Below, piece by piece: positions 35,170 through 47,663 of a stretch of 64,000 bases of DNA (position 1 is its first letter; each line of letters starts with the position of its first letter). The stretch is from assembly GCA_964106645.2 (NCBI GenBank), contig OZ067043.1. One strand, written 5' to 3'. Origin of the DNA: Podarcis pityusensis. Taxonomy: Eukaryota. Made by a program: the position numbers and the translations under genes. Below the pieces are notes generated by a model. The model had not been told where the DNA came from. It searched no databases and was given only the letters and a program-made list of their open reading frames with translations.

Positions 35170-36070
35170 AGGACCCTAGCTAGGAGGGCGCCTGGCAGAC
35201 CCCCACCCACCCACCCACCCACCCAAAAAGAGGCGCTCCGAGAAGACTTTAAAAAGTGGGTGCCGGGGGGGGGGGAGAGACTGTGGCGGAGGCGAGCGAA
35301 GGGCCTTGGTGCAGAGAGCCCCCCTCCCCCCACCCCCAGGAGGGTAGAAGCCAGGAGCGGGCACGGAAGGAGGGCGAAAGAGCGACGCGGGGGGGGGGGG
35401 GACACGACACGACCCGCTTCCGTCTGCCGCCTCCGCCGCCCTCTCTCTCTCTCTTTCTCAGGGGACTCAAGTACCTCGCTGTCAGCCCAGGGATGTGCCG
35501 GCCGCGTCCCCCTCCATGTCCTGCTCCGGCAGTTGGGAGGCCCCGACGCGAGCGCCTCAATCTGGGCCGGCCGCCATGTCAGCCGCGGCGCGCACTGCAT
35601 TGTGGGGGAGGGGAAAGGAGGCGCGCGCGGCGGGGGGGCGGGGGCGGTGTGAGGGAGGGAGGCTGCCTTCGGCCAACCTGTCTCAAGGCAGCGGCAGCCG
35701 TTGCCGTTCTGCCCCCACCTTCCCACCTATCCACTGTAAAAACAATCCCGGTAGCCCCCTCCCTTCCCCTAGGAAAAGATGAACTCCCTTCTCCTTTGAG
35801 GCCTCAAAAATAAGGAGTCTTCACGGTGGAGGCTGAAACTCTTTGGCCGGGCAGCCCTCCGAGCTGCGCGCCGCCTCAGGGCCGTGGTCGGCCGAGAGTT
35901 GCTGCCTGCAGGGTTTCATTTGCACCGTGGGCCAGGCTCGGCCCGCTGAAGTCACGGCTGACAGTCCCCTCCACGCAAACATATGAAGTAATAAAATTAA
36001 GCCCGGGTTAAAGTCGGTTCTGCGCTGCCTGTGAGCTTTTGCTGAAAGGAAACCGCGCATGCTAATCATC
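35170..36070. promoter_or_regulatory. CpG island / TUT4 promoter
   Basis: Dense CpG and high GC; GC box ggggcgggg ~35637-35645, ZNF143/Staf-like CCCACAATGCA (minus, 35596-35606), YY1-like CCGCCATGT (35571-35579). Confidence 0.85.
35475..35600 (-). other. TUT4: TUT4 non-coding exon 1 (5' end approximate)
   Basis: Lies in the CpG island with donor GAG|GTACTT (plus 'ac' at 35473-74). Exon 2 has an acceptor upstream of its ATG, so an upstream exon is required. Confidence 0.6.
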
Positions 36071-36639
36071 CAAACATTTTCTCGCGCCAGGACTTTTGCT
36101 TTGCCTCCTTGACACAAAACACGGACCTTAAAAACTTGAGGCGCAGAAAGCAAGCAAGCAAACAAGCAAACAAACAAACACGTAGTTGTGGAACAGATCC
36201 TCCTGATGACGCTCACAAGCAGATTCCGAAAAGGGATTAAGCGCAGTCCACCTCCATTGCCAACTATCTGCTTAGTTTTTAAAAAATTGTGGGTCGAGAG
36301 GGCAATGTAGCATCATGCGATAGATGAGGGATTTGTGGGATCAGCATGCTAAGAGTCATTTCATATGGTGCATCCAATCATGAACTATTTCCAAGCACCA
36401 GTGCTTCTCACAAGGGCTGTAATGTTTGTAACAACCTGACCGTACATGTATTTCTTTTGAATTAATATGTGTATGGAGATCCTGGGCTGCTCAGATGATA
36501 AGACCCAGCTCCTGGCCTCACTGATGTGGTCCAAAGGAAAACAAAGCAATACATTGACACCAGCATAGCTGCAGGAGTTGCTGGAAGGAGGTGTACAAGA
36601 CGCCATCCAACCATCTTAGGGACTCTGCTCTGGATTTGT

Positions 36640-37280
36640 AAACATCACCAGCACTCCATACATCAGCTCTGGTGACCACACATTTGAGGAGATTTTGCCT
36701 ACCTGGGTTCCACCATTACCAGCAACCTTTCAATCGATGCTGGACAAGGGTATTGGCAAGACAGCTACAGCAATGGCTTGCCTCTCCAAAAGGGTATGGG
36801 AGAATGTGATGCTAATGTCCAATACCAATATGAAGGTCTACCAGGCCTGCATGTTGAGCATGCTGCTTTCTGAGCAACTTACAACCACCAGGAGCGATGC
36901 CAGGAAGATTGGAGGCATCACATAGCAGGACAGAATTGCACTCCTGAGTATGTCTATGCTGGCTTGGTCATGTCCACAGAATGGAAGATGGCAGGATTTC
37001 CAAGGATGTGCTCTACAGGGAGTTGGCTTCAGGCACCAGGCCCACAGGCAGATCAGCTCTGCATGACAAAGATGTCTGCAAACATGACATGAATGCTGGA
37101 GGAGCACAGAGAGAAGAAACACCATGGTGCATCTGCAGCCACACAGCCAGATGCCTTCATCTGCCCCAGCTGCAAGAAAAACATGTCTCTCTCTCCACAG
37201 CCACAGCAGGCGCTGTAACCTTCCTACAGTTTGACTTCACCCCCAAAGGTGCACTCCTCCATTGTTTCCCAACTGCTGAA
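36640..37280 (+). mobile_element. RTE-clade LINE 3' fragment, internally deleted
   Basis: YLGSTI-like segment, WLGHVHRMEDGRISKDVLY, Cys/His C-terminal motif. Confidence 0.7.
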
Positions 37281-37545
37281 TTCAGTGACACTTAGTCTCC
37301 AGCAAGCGAGCACAGAATTGCAGCACTTGTCCTTCTTTCATTGCCAGTCTCCACTCTACACCAGCAGTCTCCAGGATTTTTCAGGACACTTTCAGTGCGA
37401 TTAGGCCAAGATGCACACTAAAGGCTAACAAATCTTATCTCCTTTCATATACATGCATGCATACTCTTCTTGTCCTTCCTCCATGGAGATTGGTTGCCTA
37501 TAGAGGGTTACTCTCCTCTCAATAGCCTGGTTAGATAGACTAGGG

Positions 37546-37680
37546 CAGGCATGGCCAAACTTGGCCCTCCAGCTGTTTGGGACTACAATTCCCATAATCC
37601 CTGACCACTGGTACTGTTAGCTAGGGATGATGGGAGTTGTAGTCCCAAAGCAGCAGGAGGGCCAAGTTTGGCCATGCCTA
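37546..37680. mobile_element. Palindromic hAT-type MITE (same family)
   Basis: aggcatggccaaacttggccctcc ... ggagggccaagtttggccatgcct. Confidence 0.8.
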
Positions 37681-37894
37681 GATTAGGCTGAGAATCAGTG
37701 ACTTGTCCAAGGCCACCCAAGGAATTTAACAGCTAAATAAGAATTTGAGAGCTAGCACAGGTCACACCCACAGCATTCATTTAAAGCATTTACAATACAC
37801 ATCTACAACACATAGTCCCCTCCCCCAAAAAAAGAATTCTGGGAACTGTAGTTTACACCTCACAGAGCTGCAATTTCCAGCACCCTTAACTTGA

Positions 37895-38345
37895 ATGTTG
37901 GACTTGGAGCAGGAAGATCCTGGTCCAAATCTTCACTTGGATATGATGAAGCTCACTGACCCACTCACATTCTCAGTTTTACCTACCTTTCAGAATTATT
38001 TTGAGGATAAACTGGGGCACAGCTTTCAAGCTGTTATGAGTTCCTTGGAAGACAGGGGGATAAAAATGTTATACAGTCATACCTCATGTTACGTCCGCTT
38101 CATGTTACATTCTTTCAGGTTATGTCCTGCGGCAACCCGTAAGTACCAGAAAGGGTTACTTCCGGGTTTTGCCGCACGCCCATGCACAGAAACGCAAAAT
38201 GATATCATGCGCATGCGCAGAAGTAGCGAATTGCGACCCGTGTGTGCGCAGATGTGCCACTGCGGGTAGCACTCTTTTCATGTTGCATACGGGCCTCTGG
38301 AACGGATCCCGTTCGCAACCAGAGGTACCACTGTAAATAAATGTG
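37895..38345 (+). mobile_element. Degenerate MIR-like SINE interrupted by a Tc1/pogo MITE
   Basis: tgttggacttggagcaggaagatcctggtccaaatc...cctaccttcaga; similar to the 42258 copy. Confidence 0.5.
38074..38333. mobile_element. Tc1/pogo MITE
   Basis: TA|CAGTCATACCTC ... GAGGTACCACTG|TA. Confidence 0.85.
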
Positions 38346-39129
38346 AACTTAGCTCTCCTTCAAGTCCAACATGCTCTCACTGCACCACTGTTATATTTAT
38401 CATGGTCAGTGACTCCACTACATTCTCACTCTTTCATTTGATTTTTTAAAGAAAACAAGAAAGAAACAGGGAATTCTAACCCCTACCCAAAAAAAATCAG
38501 TGCAGTTTTGAAAGCAGTTGTTAAAACCAGTGATTAAAATCAGTTATTTTGAAAGGTTCAGTCTGCCATCTTTATTCAAATGGTGCTAGTTGTGTCCAAA
38601 CATAGATGAAAACTTACTTTTTGATCTCAGGAACCATGATGCAGAATTTGGTTACAATATCTTAAAAGAGGTGTCCAAATGCATGGTGAACTTTCCAAAA
38701 TATATCGTATATTGTATTTTATTATTGCAAACTGCTTTAGGGGTTGAAAAAATACATATAAATGCCATATCAATATTGCAATAAATAAATCCTGCATACA
38801 CATACTTATTCTGCCTGCTTCATTTATAAAACTAAGAGTGGTTTTAGATGTAGATGGAACACGAATGTGGATAGAACAGGAAATCCCAGTGACCCTGGAT
38901 ACAAGGACAGCTTCTGTCCAAGGATCAATTGCTGTTTCCAGACTGTTGCTTGCTGAGATTCAATCACTTACTGGCAGGTTCAGGTTACACAATTTAAGCT
39001 GATTTGAAGCTCTTGCATAACAAACCCTCTTCCTCTTGGAATCAGCCTTTTTACAAAAAGGGAAGTGGATAGGAAACTTTCCATTTTATTGTTACCTCCT
39101 GCTAAACACAGAAAAGCAATACCTGCAGT

Positions 39130-39287
39130 CATGGGCATAGCCAGGATTAATTTTAGGAGGGGGCAGGCTTTATGTTGGGGGGGGGCAGAACCAAGTTATC
39201 TGCGATGCAATTGGTCGGGTATTTTTACTTATTTACTTGATTTAGGGGGGCATCTGCCCTTTCCTGCACCCCCTGTCTACGCCCATG
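39130..39287. mobile_element. Short TIR MITE
   Basis: catgggcatag ... ctacgcccatg imperfect TIRs. Confidence 0.55.
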
Positions 39288-39925
39288 CCCTCGGTGGTGC
39301 TAAAGGGCTTCTTCACTGCTGGATGTAGTGGCCTCATGGGGCGGAAGCAAGAGACACTTGTGCTTCCTGGTCACCCCAGTCATCAGTCATGGTCAAAGCA
39401 ACTTTCAAATATATATCTCAAACTGGATAATGATGACAGCTTTTTTCCTCTAGCTTGGTATTTTATGGTTCACTTAAAATGCATCTTTGATTTATTGGAT
39501 TTATGTGTAGAGATTGTATCAGTCTTGTATACAAAGCCAGAAAGATTACTAGCCTGGAGTTTTTTGGCTGTTTTTTAGTCTGAAAAGAGACTATTAGCCT
39601 TAGAGTCCTTTGCAAAACGAAAAGCGCGAACTGCAAATCTCAAATCAGGCATTTGATAGGCGAGATCACTAATAAACTGTTTAGGAGATTCCCTTGGGGG
39701 GAAAAAAGAGGGAGAGAGAGAGAGAAGATGTGGATTGCTTTCACACGGAAATAGGAAAAACTGTTGCAATTTCTTTTTGCAGCAGGCGACGCTTCTTTCC
39801 GGCTGTGCTTTGCGATGGTGGAGGACGTCAGTGCCGGGCTTGTGTGCAGTATGTTAGACCCTGAGGGCAGTGTAGAGCACAAAGCGGATCCCTCCTTCCC
39901 CAAAGTTTTTCTTATCCCCTTAGCC

Positions 39926-40057
39926 ATGCTGATCGTCATAGGAGCGTTGCTCTTCTTAGCATTTTCCGCCACCGAACAGAAAGAGGACAGTTTTTACTCC
40001 TACAAAGTGGTGAACATCAGGGGCAAGCTAGTTTCCCTGGACAAATACAGAGGCTCG
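39926..40057 (+). CDS. GPX7: GPX7 exon 1 (possible upstream starts at 39815 and 39851)
   Basis: ...FYSYKVVNIRGKLVSLDKYRGS|GTAAGT. Confidence 0.93.
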
Positions 40058-43000
40058 GTAAGTTTGCAAGGAGAGCTGCCTCTGCTGCCCCAGATAACCA
40101 GCGAGTCTCATCGGCATGCCTGCATGACGGACGGTGTGGGGGGAGAGAATGCATCTTTTAACTGGCTTGACCGGTTTGGGAACGGTCTCGTTTGGGGCGC
40201 GTTGCCTGCGAATTGGCGCCCACGGCTCTGCTATAATCTCTATTAAAGCACCAGAAGTTTGCTGCAGTCAGGTCCCTTTTCTGCTTGTTCTTGCATGAGA
40301 TGTTCCTTCCCCCCAGAGTATTCCGCGTATACGTGGCAGGCAGGCAAGACGCCTTTCATTCACTCGGAATCGCAACGCCTACGTTCTTTTCTGGCGATGC
40401 CACTTGTTGAAGCACCATCATCGGGATCCATGCGGGTTTCCCTCCTTTCTTTTAAAAATAGTTACAGATTGTCATTGCAATATGTTCGCTGCCTTCTTAA
40501 GAAAACTTCATTTTGTTTAACAGGGTGGGAGAAAAAACGGTGGGAGGGAGAGGCCCAGTGCTACAGAGGAATTCAACAGGAAACATCTAATTTGACATTT
40601 TATAACCCTGTCAAACTACCGCTGCTCTTTTAAATTTTAACATTGGTGTTATGTGATGCGGAGGGTTACCTGAAGAAGAGGCATTTAATTTATCTGTTAC
40701 AGATATTAAAGATGCTATATATGTTCTTTTTCTAAAGGTCTGAACTAGGTTCTACTCAGAATAAACCCGCTGAAATTAATGACGCTAAGTTAGTCATGCC
40801 CATTAATTTAGGGGGGTCTACTCTGAGTATGATACACGTTAGATTCAACCCTTAAATTCATATTCTTGAAATGTGCTGCTTAACTTATAAGCAGTAATGT
40901 ATATTTGCATATGTTTAAAAAAACCTGCAATGGAAGCTGAAAAACCTATCTTTTTCTGCAGTACTTAACTTTAAAAAACAAACCCTGTTCTAACACTCTC
41001 CAAGACTGCAGGCTGTAGTTCAGCCTTTGCCAACCTGGTGCCCTCCGGATGGTTTGAACAACTCCCATTATCAACCACAGTCAGGCTCTGTTGGCTAGGG
41101 ATGATGGGAATTGTGGTCCAAAACGTCTGAAGAGCACTAGACTAGGTTAGCTAAGTCATTTCCTATGGACTCCCCTCTTTCCCACCTCTGTCTATGCTGA
41201 AACAGTTTAGGTGGTCAGAACATATGGTCATCAACGTTCTGACAACTTGAACTATTGTATTTAGGTATAATTTTTCCCTTTTCTGGGTATAAACAACTGG
41301 TACTACATACGAATTAATTGCTTTAGTTTCATCCTCACATAGCTATTGCTCCCTATTTTCTTCATCCACACACCCTTGGACACTTCTAAAAGAGCAAAGT
41401 GTGAGGTGCTTACAGTGGACACTAGATGGCAAACTTGATTCACAGTAATTTTGATATTGTAAGTATATCAGCAGATAATTGCTTTTGCTCTTACCTGCTG
41501 TCAGAAACTAGAAAAGGTCCATTACATCCTGAATTAAGGGTGCTTCCAGACAGATTTAATCTTGCATATTGGTTGCTCAGGTATCACATATTGATTGTTG
41601 GTGATAGGTTTTTTTTAAATTACCTGATTTTCCTCTAAATGGGTAATTTTCAATTAAATGGACAAACTAATGCTGGAAATTATGGATACTGCAAAGAATG
41701 ATCCCACTGGAAACTCCCTCTAACTCCTAGGGCTCTGAGAATCTGAGCTCTAAGGGACAGACTCAATCCATCTCACAGAGAAAAATTTGGGATTTCCCTT
41801 TCTGCCCTGGATGTATATACATTGTTCAGCATAACAAATAAAGACGCTGCTAATTTGAACTGGAAATGTATCATCTAGGGACAGAGTGCTTTGCATAGGA
41901 CATTGCACTTCTGTAAAGCTCACTCCCACGCTTGCATTAAGACACTGCCCACAATGTGTTCAGAAACTATATATCCCTTATCCCCTCCACACACAACCCA
42001 TGGAAGCAAATACACAAGAGAGCTTGTTATAGAAAAAACTATTGAAAATACCTGGCAGGGTTTTTTTAATGCAGTGTTGACAAAGTCAGTCCTTCTTCTG
42101 GCTCAAGAGATGTTTATGCATTCACACTGCCCTTACAAGCATATCCAGACAAAACATTCTCATGCTCCTAGTCCAGCATTGCAGTCGGCCATACCCAGAT
42201 CCTAGAAAGCTATGATATATTGTGGCTATCTGGACACAGACACACTGACAAGCCTAGAGCCAGTGTGGTGTAGTGGTTTGAGTGTTGGACTAGGCCTTTG
42301 GGAGACCAGGGTTCAAATCCCCACTCACCCATGAAGCTCACAGGGCCAATCACAGTCTCTCAGCCTACCTCACATAGTTGTTATGAGGATAAAACGTGGA
42401 AGAAGAAAACCATGTAGTACTTTGAGCTCCTTGGACAGGCATAGGCAAACTCCGACCCTCCAAATGTGTGGGACTACAATTCCCATCATTCCTGACCACT
42501 GGTCCTGTCAGCTGGGGTGATGGGAATTGTAGTCCCAAACATCTGGAGGGCTGGAGTTTGCCTATGCTTGTTGTTGGAGGAAAGTTGGGATATAAATGCA
42601 ACAACTATAGAAGGCTTCATATTGGCAGGCCATTCCTAACTAACTCTGTGATGGATGTGGAACCTGTAGCCCTTTGTATGTCCCCTCCCATCATCTCCAG
42701 CCATTGACTCTATTGATTAGGCTTATGGGAATTGGAGTCCAACATGTGCAGGGCCACAGGTTCCCTCCCCCTGCCCTTTGTGAAGAGATGCTCCTAGTCT
42801 GGGGATAGCAAAGCTAAGCTGAAAAGACAGAAGCTCTGGAATTTTTTGTGAGTTTTAAAAGAGAACAAAGAGGCCTGATATCAGGCAGATAAATAAATTG
42901 CATCACACTGAGAGTAAAAAGCAGTTATTGCAAAGAAGCCATGGGTCACAACAAGGGCGGCACCAGGGGGGGAAAAACCAGGGGGGCAATGAAGGAGCAA

Positions 43001-46000
43001 AGTATCTAGGTGGATCTCTCCAAGAACCTGATATCTGCATACATGGGACTCTCAGGAAGTTTTCAATTCAGCTATTGTTCAGATCTAGATTTGCTTAGCT
43101 TCAGAGATAAAACTACATCTCATTGTAAATAGTACATTTATCAATGTCACATTGGTCGCCTGAACGAGAAGATAAGTGTGTGTGAGAGAGAGACACACAC
43201 ACAGAGAATGTTACTTGCACACATGTGTGCGCACACACATACACATACACGAGTCCTGCAACAAGATTTTGCACTGCTGAGTACTCCAGTCAGTCCAGCT
43301 GATGAATCTTCATCCAGTTTTCTATTCTCCCATTCCAATAGTCAGCTATCATTCCATGTCCACTGAGGATACTTTTTGGTCTATTTTAGTTTTTTCTCTC
43401 CCCCCCTTAAATATATTTTATACTTCGGAAAAATGTGGCAATTCCTAAGTCTGCTAATGCCTTCCTCTTCAGAACATTGAAAATAGAGGGAAATCTGTGT
43501 CATGATGACCTGCACTTCAAAATGTACAACTACATTACTGCTAATGAACTCATACATTTGTGCCAAGGCCGCCTTATGTGGGCTTGCTTGGGACTTCATG
43601 GCCTCCATAACAACCATGAAACTGTCTCTATTTGTCATTGACCTGATGCATAGAGCAGGGCATGTCTTCAATATAACTCTTGCTCCAAGAGATGAAAGAG
43701 ATATGTCTGGGAAAGGAGGGCTGGAGAAATTCCGTTGTCCTTCTCAGACCATTTCCTGGTGAGGTTTGGTCCCAGGGCAGGAGTATTCTCCTACAGGGGT
43801 AGGGACCCATTAGAATGGTCTGCCCCCAGAGATGTATGGAATCCAGGAATTTCTGAATGCTCTATGGGGAATTTTCTGCAGACAGGGCTGGGGTTCTAGG
43901 TGTTGCTGTAGTCTAACAATATGTATCAGAAAGTCAACAAAATCATTACAGTGGTACCTCGGGTTACATACGCTACAGGTTACATACGCTTCAGGTTACA
44001 GACTCCGCTAATCCAGAAATAGTGCTTCAGGTTAAGAACTTTGCTTCAGGATGAGACCAGAAATTGGGCTCCGGTGGCGCGGTGGCAGCAGGAGGCTCCA
44101 TTAGCTAAAGTGGTGCTTCAGGTTAAGAACAGTTTCAGGTTAAGTACGGACCTCCGGAACGAATTAGGTACTTAACCTGAGGTACCACTGTACTGAGTGA
44201 CCTCTCTGGGGTTGTAGTAGATAGCTCAGTGAAGATGTTGACCCAGTGTGCGGTAGCTGTGAAAAAGGCAAACTCTCTGCTGGGGATCGTTAGGAAAGAA
44301 ATTAAAAATAAACTGCTGGTGTAGTAATGCTGTTCTATAAATCTATGGTGCAACAGCATTTGGAATACTGTGTTCAGTTCTGGCCACCTCACCTTAAAAA
44401 GGATATCGTAGAGTTTGAAAAGGTTCAGAAAAGGACAAGCAAAATGACCAAGGGAATAGAGTGAGTCCCCTGTGAAGAAAGCCTGCAGCATTTTTGACTT
44501 TTTAGTTTTAAAAAAGGAAAGCAAGAAGTGGCATGGCAGATATTTATAAAATGATGCACAACGTGGAAAACGTGGATCAACAAAGATTTATCTTCCTCTC
44601 TCATAACATTATAACTTGTGGACATTGAATGAAGCTGAATGTTGTAGGTCAAAAAAAAACACCAACCTCTTCTTTATGCAGCACGTAATCAGACTATGAA
44701 ATTCTTTCCTACAAGAGGTAGCCATAGCCACCAACTCAAATGGATTAAAGAAATTCATGGAGGCCAAGGCCAGGTTATGTGAAGGACCCACCTGTTCACT
44801 GAGATCTGCAGAGGCTCTCCTGCTGAAATCAATATTGCAGCAATCTGGGAGAGGGCCTTATCTGTTGTGGCACCCAGTTTATGGAATCACCTCCCCTCTG
44901 AAGCAAAGCAAGCATCAACAGGGATGAGTTTTCAATGCCTGCTGAAGGTTCATTTGTTTATCTGGGCATTATCTGGTCATTGATGCCAAGTCTGTAGCTA
45001 GGTCTGGCTTACTGTGGGCATTGTTGCAAATATTGGTTGCTGTATTTTAATGTTTGAATTTTAGTGAGGATGTATTTATAGTGCTATGAATTGCCCTGGG
45101 TTTTTTAAAATGCAGGGATCTATATCTATCATCGGTCTAGCTAGCTATCTAATAAGTGAAATAAATAATATGTCTCCTCATTGTTATTTTCCCTTTAGGT
45201 GGCCTTAGTTGTCAATGTTGCAAGTGAGTGTGGCTATACAGACAGCCACTACAAAGCCCTTCAACAGCTGCAGAGAGAACTTGGCTCATATCATTTTAAC
45301 GTGCTGGCATTCCCTTGTAATCAATTTGGACTTCAAGAACCAGGTACCAACAAAGAAATTGAGAGTTTTGCCAGGAAAACATATGGAGTCACCTTTCCCA
45401 TGTTCAGCAAGATAGCAGTCAAGGGCACCGGGGCAAATCCAGCCTTCAAATATTTAATTGGTGAGTACAGCAGGCATTCTAGAGCGGCTGACCTTGAATC
45501 TGCTTTGCCCCCAAAGTCGTAGATGATTTATGATAGCGAGCGGTGCCATTTCAGATGGGGGGGGGGGAGCGGCAGGGAGGTTGGCAATATTCAGCAAGGT
45601 GTAAGGGCCAGTTCTTCAATGCAGTCAAGGTTAAATGGTGAAAAGGCAATCTCTTTCTAGAGCATCTGTTGTGATTATGTTCTATCTTCTTTTTTCTGTC
45701 TCCCAGGAACTCAATAGGAATGACAGGAATTCAGTTGAGGTTTAATTGCCTTGTCCTTCAAATCAAAGTAGTACAAAAACATTCAAATCACAGATGTGTG
45801 TTCCTGGAAAAGTGTAGATGGCCTCCTCTACAGGTTCCACTTAAACTTTTCCAGATATCATTTGTGCAGTCTTTTGAATGTAAGCAACAGTTGGAGCTTA
45901 TGCCTCCTGGACTGTGTCCGGATGAACAACTGTTTATCGAACATTTAGCCTGATTTATTTGCAGGGAGGTTAGACAACATTGCATCCCACACTTTCCCCA

Positions 46001-47499
46001 TCACTTTCCTTATTGCAAAAAAGTCCAATCATTTGGGGAAGTGGATTTATTGCACAGGACTTCCCAGTCAACTATAACTGAGCAACCTGAATTGGTTGGT
46101 ATGTGACTGAATCTCACCCAAGAATAGCGACAGTCTGAAAGCGCCCCTACAAAAATGAGAGTTATAAGATGAGGAAACTCATCCTGCCTCTAGCCTTCTA
46201 CCAGAAGCAGAATGACTGAAAGGAGCCCTTGTAAGAATTGCTAAGCGATCTCTTCAGCTCAACAGAAAACAGGATGAGAGAAACCCAGAGATTCCCTAGA
46301 AGAAGGCTGATAGCTTGTACCCAGAGAAAGGGTTTGCATGCTCCAGCACCTGATTACTCGCAGAAGCAGTCAATGAAAATAAAGTTTTGGGCATTAAGGA
46401 TAAAAATACTAAACCTCAGCATCGTGTCCCACAAGGTTTTCTCTGGGGGGAAGCAGCAATACAAGAGGAACAGTGGATAAGCCCTTATAGCAGATCAACA
46501 CCATACATTTAATACATATCCATGATTTCCCTCAAATAATCCTGGGAACTATTGTTTGTTAAAGATGTTGGATCATGTGCTTTGGAAGCCATGTGATTTA
46601 AATCACACATTCACAGGGGCAAGACAGTTTGATCATATTACACTGATATTGGCTCAACTGCACTGGCTGCCAATTAGTTTCCAGGGCTAATTCAAAGTGC
46701 TGGTTTTGACCTAGAAAGCCTTAAATGGCTCACAACCACAATACCTTAAGGACCACCTCTCACCATATAAACCTACCTGGACCCTGAAATCATATTCTGG
46801 GGCTCTTCTTAATGAGCCTCCTCCACGAGAAGTCCAGAGGGTAGCAGCACAAGGGCCTTTTCTGCAGCAGCTCCCCATTTGTGGAATGCTCTCTCTAGGG
46901 AGGTTCAGCCGGCACCTTGATTATATACCATCATGTGCCAGGTGAAGACATTCCTCTTTAACCATGCCTTTGGCTGATTGACACGATGCCCTTTTAAATG
47001 TGTTTGTGGAAGAGGGGATTATTGATTTGTTTTTGTTCTTATTTTTATTATGTATTTTGTGTTTTTTACATATATAGTCATTTTATGTTGTGAACTGCCC
47101 TGTGACCTATGGGTATAGGGCAGTATACAAATTTAATAAATAAGAAGAAGAAAGTAGATTGGATGTTCTTTAAACGTGTGGTGTGCCCATAGTTTTTCCT
47201 AAGATTTTGCTTAGCCTACATTTTTATTTTGCTAAACTTCTGCATTGATTTTGACAATCAAATCCATCATTAGTATCTTTTTTCTTTATAACTGAATAAT
47301 AATCAAATTATATGTCATTTCCCCTTCCTATGTAGATTCCACTGGTGAGGAGCCAACCTGGAATTTCTGGAAATACCTTGTAGATCCAAATGGGAAGACG
47401 GTAAAGGCTTGGGACTCTACTGTCACTATTGAGGAAATAAAACCTCACATCACTGAACTTGTGAGGAATATCATCCTGAAGAAAAAAGATGAACTGTGA
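39926..47499 (+). CDS. GPX7: Glutathione peroxidase 7 (ER, Cys-type), exons 39926-40057, 45199-45460, 47336-47499; 185 aa from the signal-peptide Met
   Basis: Signal peptide MLIVIGALLFLAFSA, VVNVASECGYT (Cys TGT, not Sec), LAFPCNQFG, WNFWKYLV, C-terminal KDEL; adjacent to TUT4 as in human. Confidence 0.96.
41021..41150. mobile_element. Degenerate palindromic hAT-type MITE
   Basis: caacctggtgccctcc...actcccattatc...gatgatgggaattgtggtcca; related decayed copies near 770-880, 5290-5390, 30950-31080, 42650-42770 and 49050-49170. Confidence 0.6.
42258..42600 (+). mobile_element. tRNA-derived CORE/MIR-like SINE interrupted by a hAT MITE
   Basis: gagccagtgtggtgtagtggtt...gggttcaaatcccc A/B boxes. 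Confidence 0.7.
42436..42570. mobile_element. Palindromic hAT-type MITE (same family)
   Basis: caggcataggcaaactcc ... ggagtttgcctatgcttg. Confidence 0.8.
43175..43250. repeat. Compound (GT)(GA)(CA) microsatellite
   Basis: gtgtgtgtgagagagagacacacacacag...gcacacacatacacatacac. Confidence 0.7.
43949..44190. mobile_element. Tc1/pogo MITE
   Basis: TA|CAGTGGTACCTC ... GAGGTACCACTG|TA. Confidence 0.88.
44193..44765 (+). mobile_element. CR1 LINE 3' fragment
   Basis: cagtgtgcggtagctgtgaaaaaggcaaac...ttggaatactgtgttcagttctggccacc (LEYCVQFW). Confidence 0.8.
45199..45460 (+). CDS. GPX7: GPX7 exon 2
   Basis: ccctttag|VALVVNVASECGYTDSHY...NPAFKYLI|GTGAGT. Confidence 0.96.
46590..47150 (+). mobile_element. 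L2-type LINE 3' end (same family as 11124)
   Basis: ctgcactggctgccaatt...ttcaaagtgctggtttt...gctccccatttgtggaatgctctc...gggcagtatacaaatttaataaa. Confidence 0.75.
47336..47499 (+). CDS. GPX7: GPX7 exon 3
   Basis: DSTGEEPTWNFWKYLVDPNGKTVKAWDS...IILKKKDEL*. Confidence 0.96.
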
Positions 47500-47663
47500 T
47501 TACACCCATACCCACACCCACACACCCCACTAATTCTTGAACCTCTGATTATCATTTGGACCATTATTTTCACTCTTCTCATTCCTAAAAGAAAATGTAA
47601 TTTTAAAAAATTGTCAATATGAATTCCATCAACATGAGTTAGCTCCATCCTCCAAGTACAATA

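Noticed and set aside
34909-36216. Long overlapping ORFs (247, 237, 185 and 131 aa) at the CpG island
   Set aside because: Low-complexity Pro/Arg/Gly translations on both strands are expected in GC-rich, stop-poor promoter DNA; no recognisable domain.
42258-42330. tRNA gene
   Set aside because: A/B boxes continue into a SINE body; no cloverleaf or terminator. The same applies to 50220-50288 and 54780-54857.
45220-45235. Selenocysteine/SECIS for the GPX gene
   Set aside because: The active-site codon is TGT (Cys), with no in-frame TGA, as expected for GPX7.
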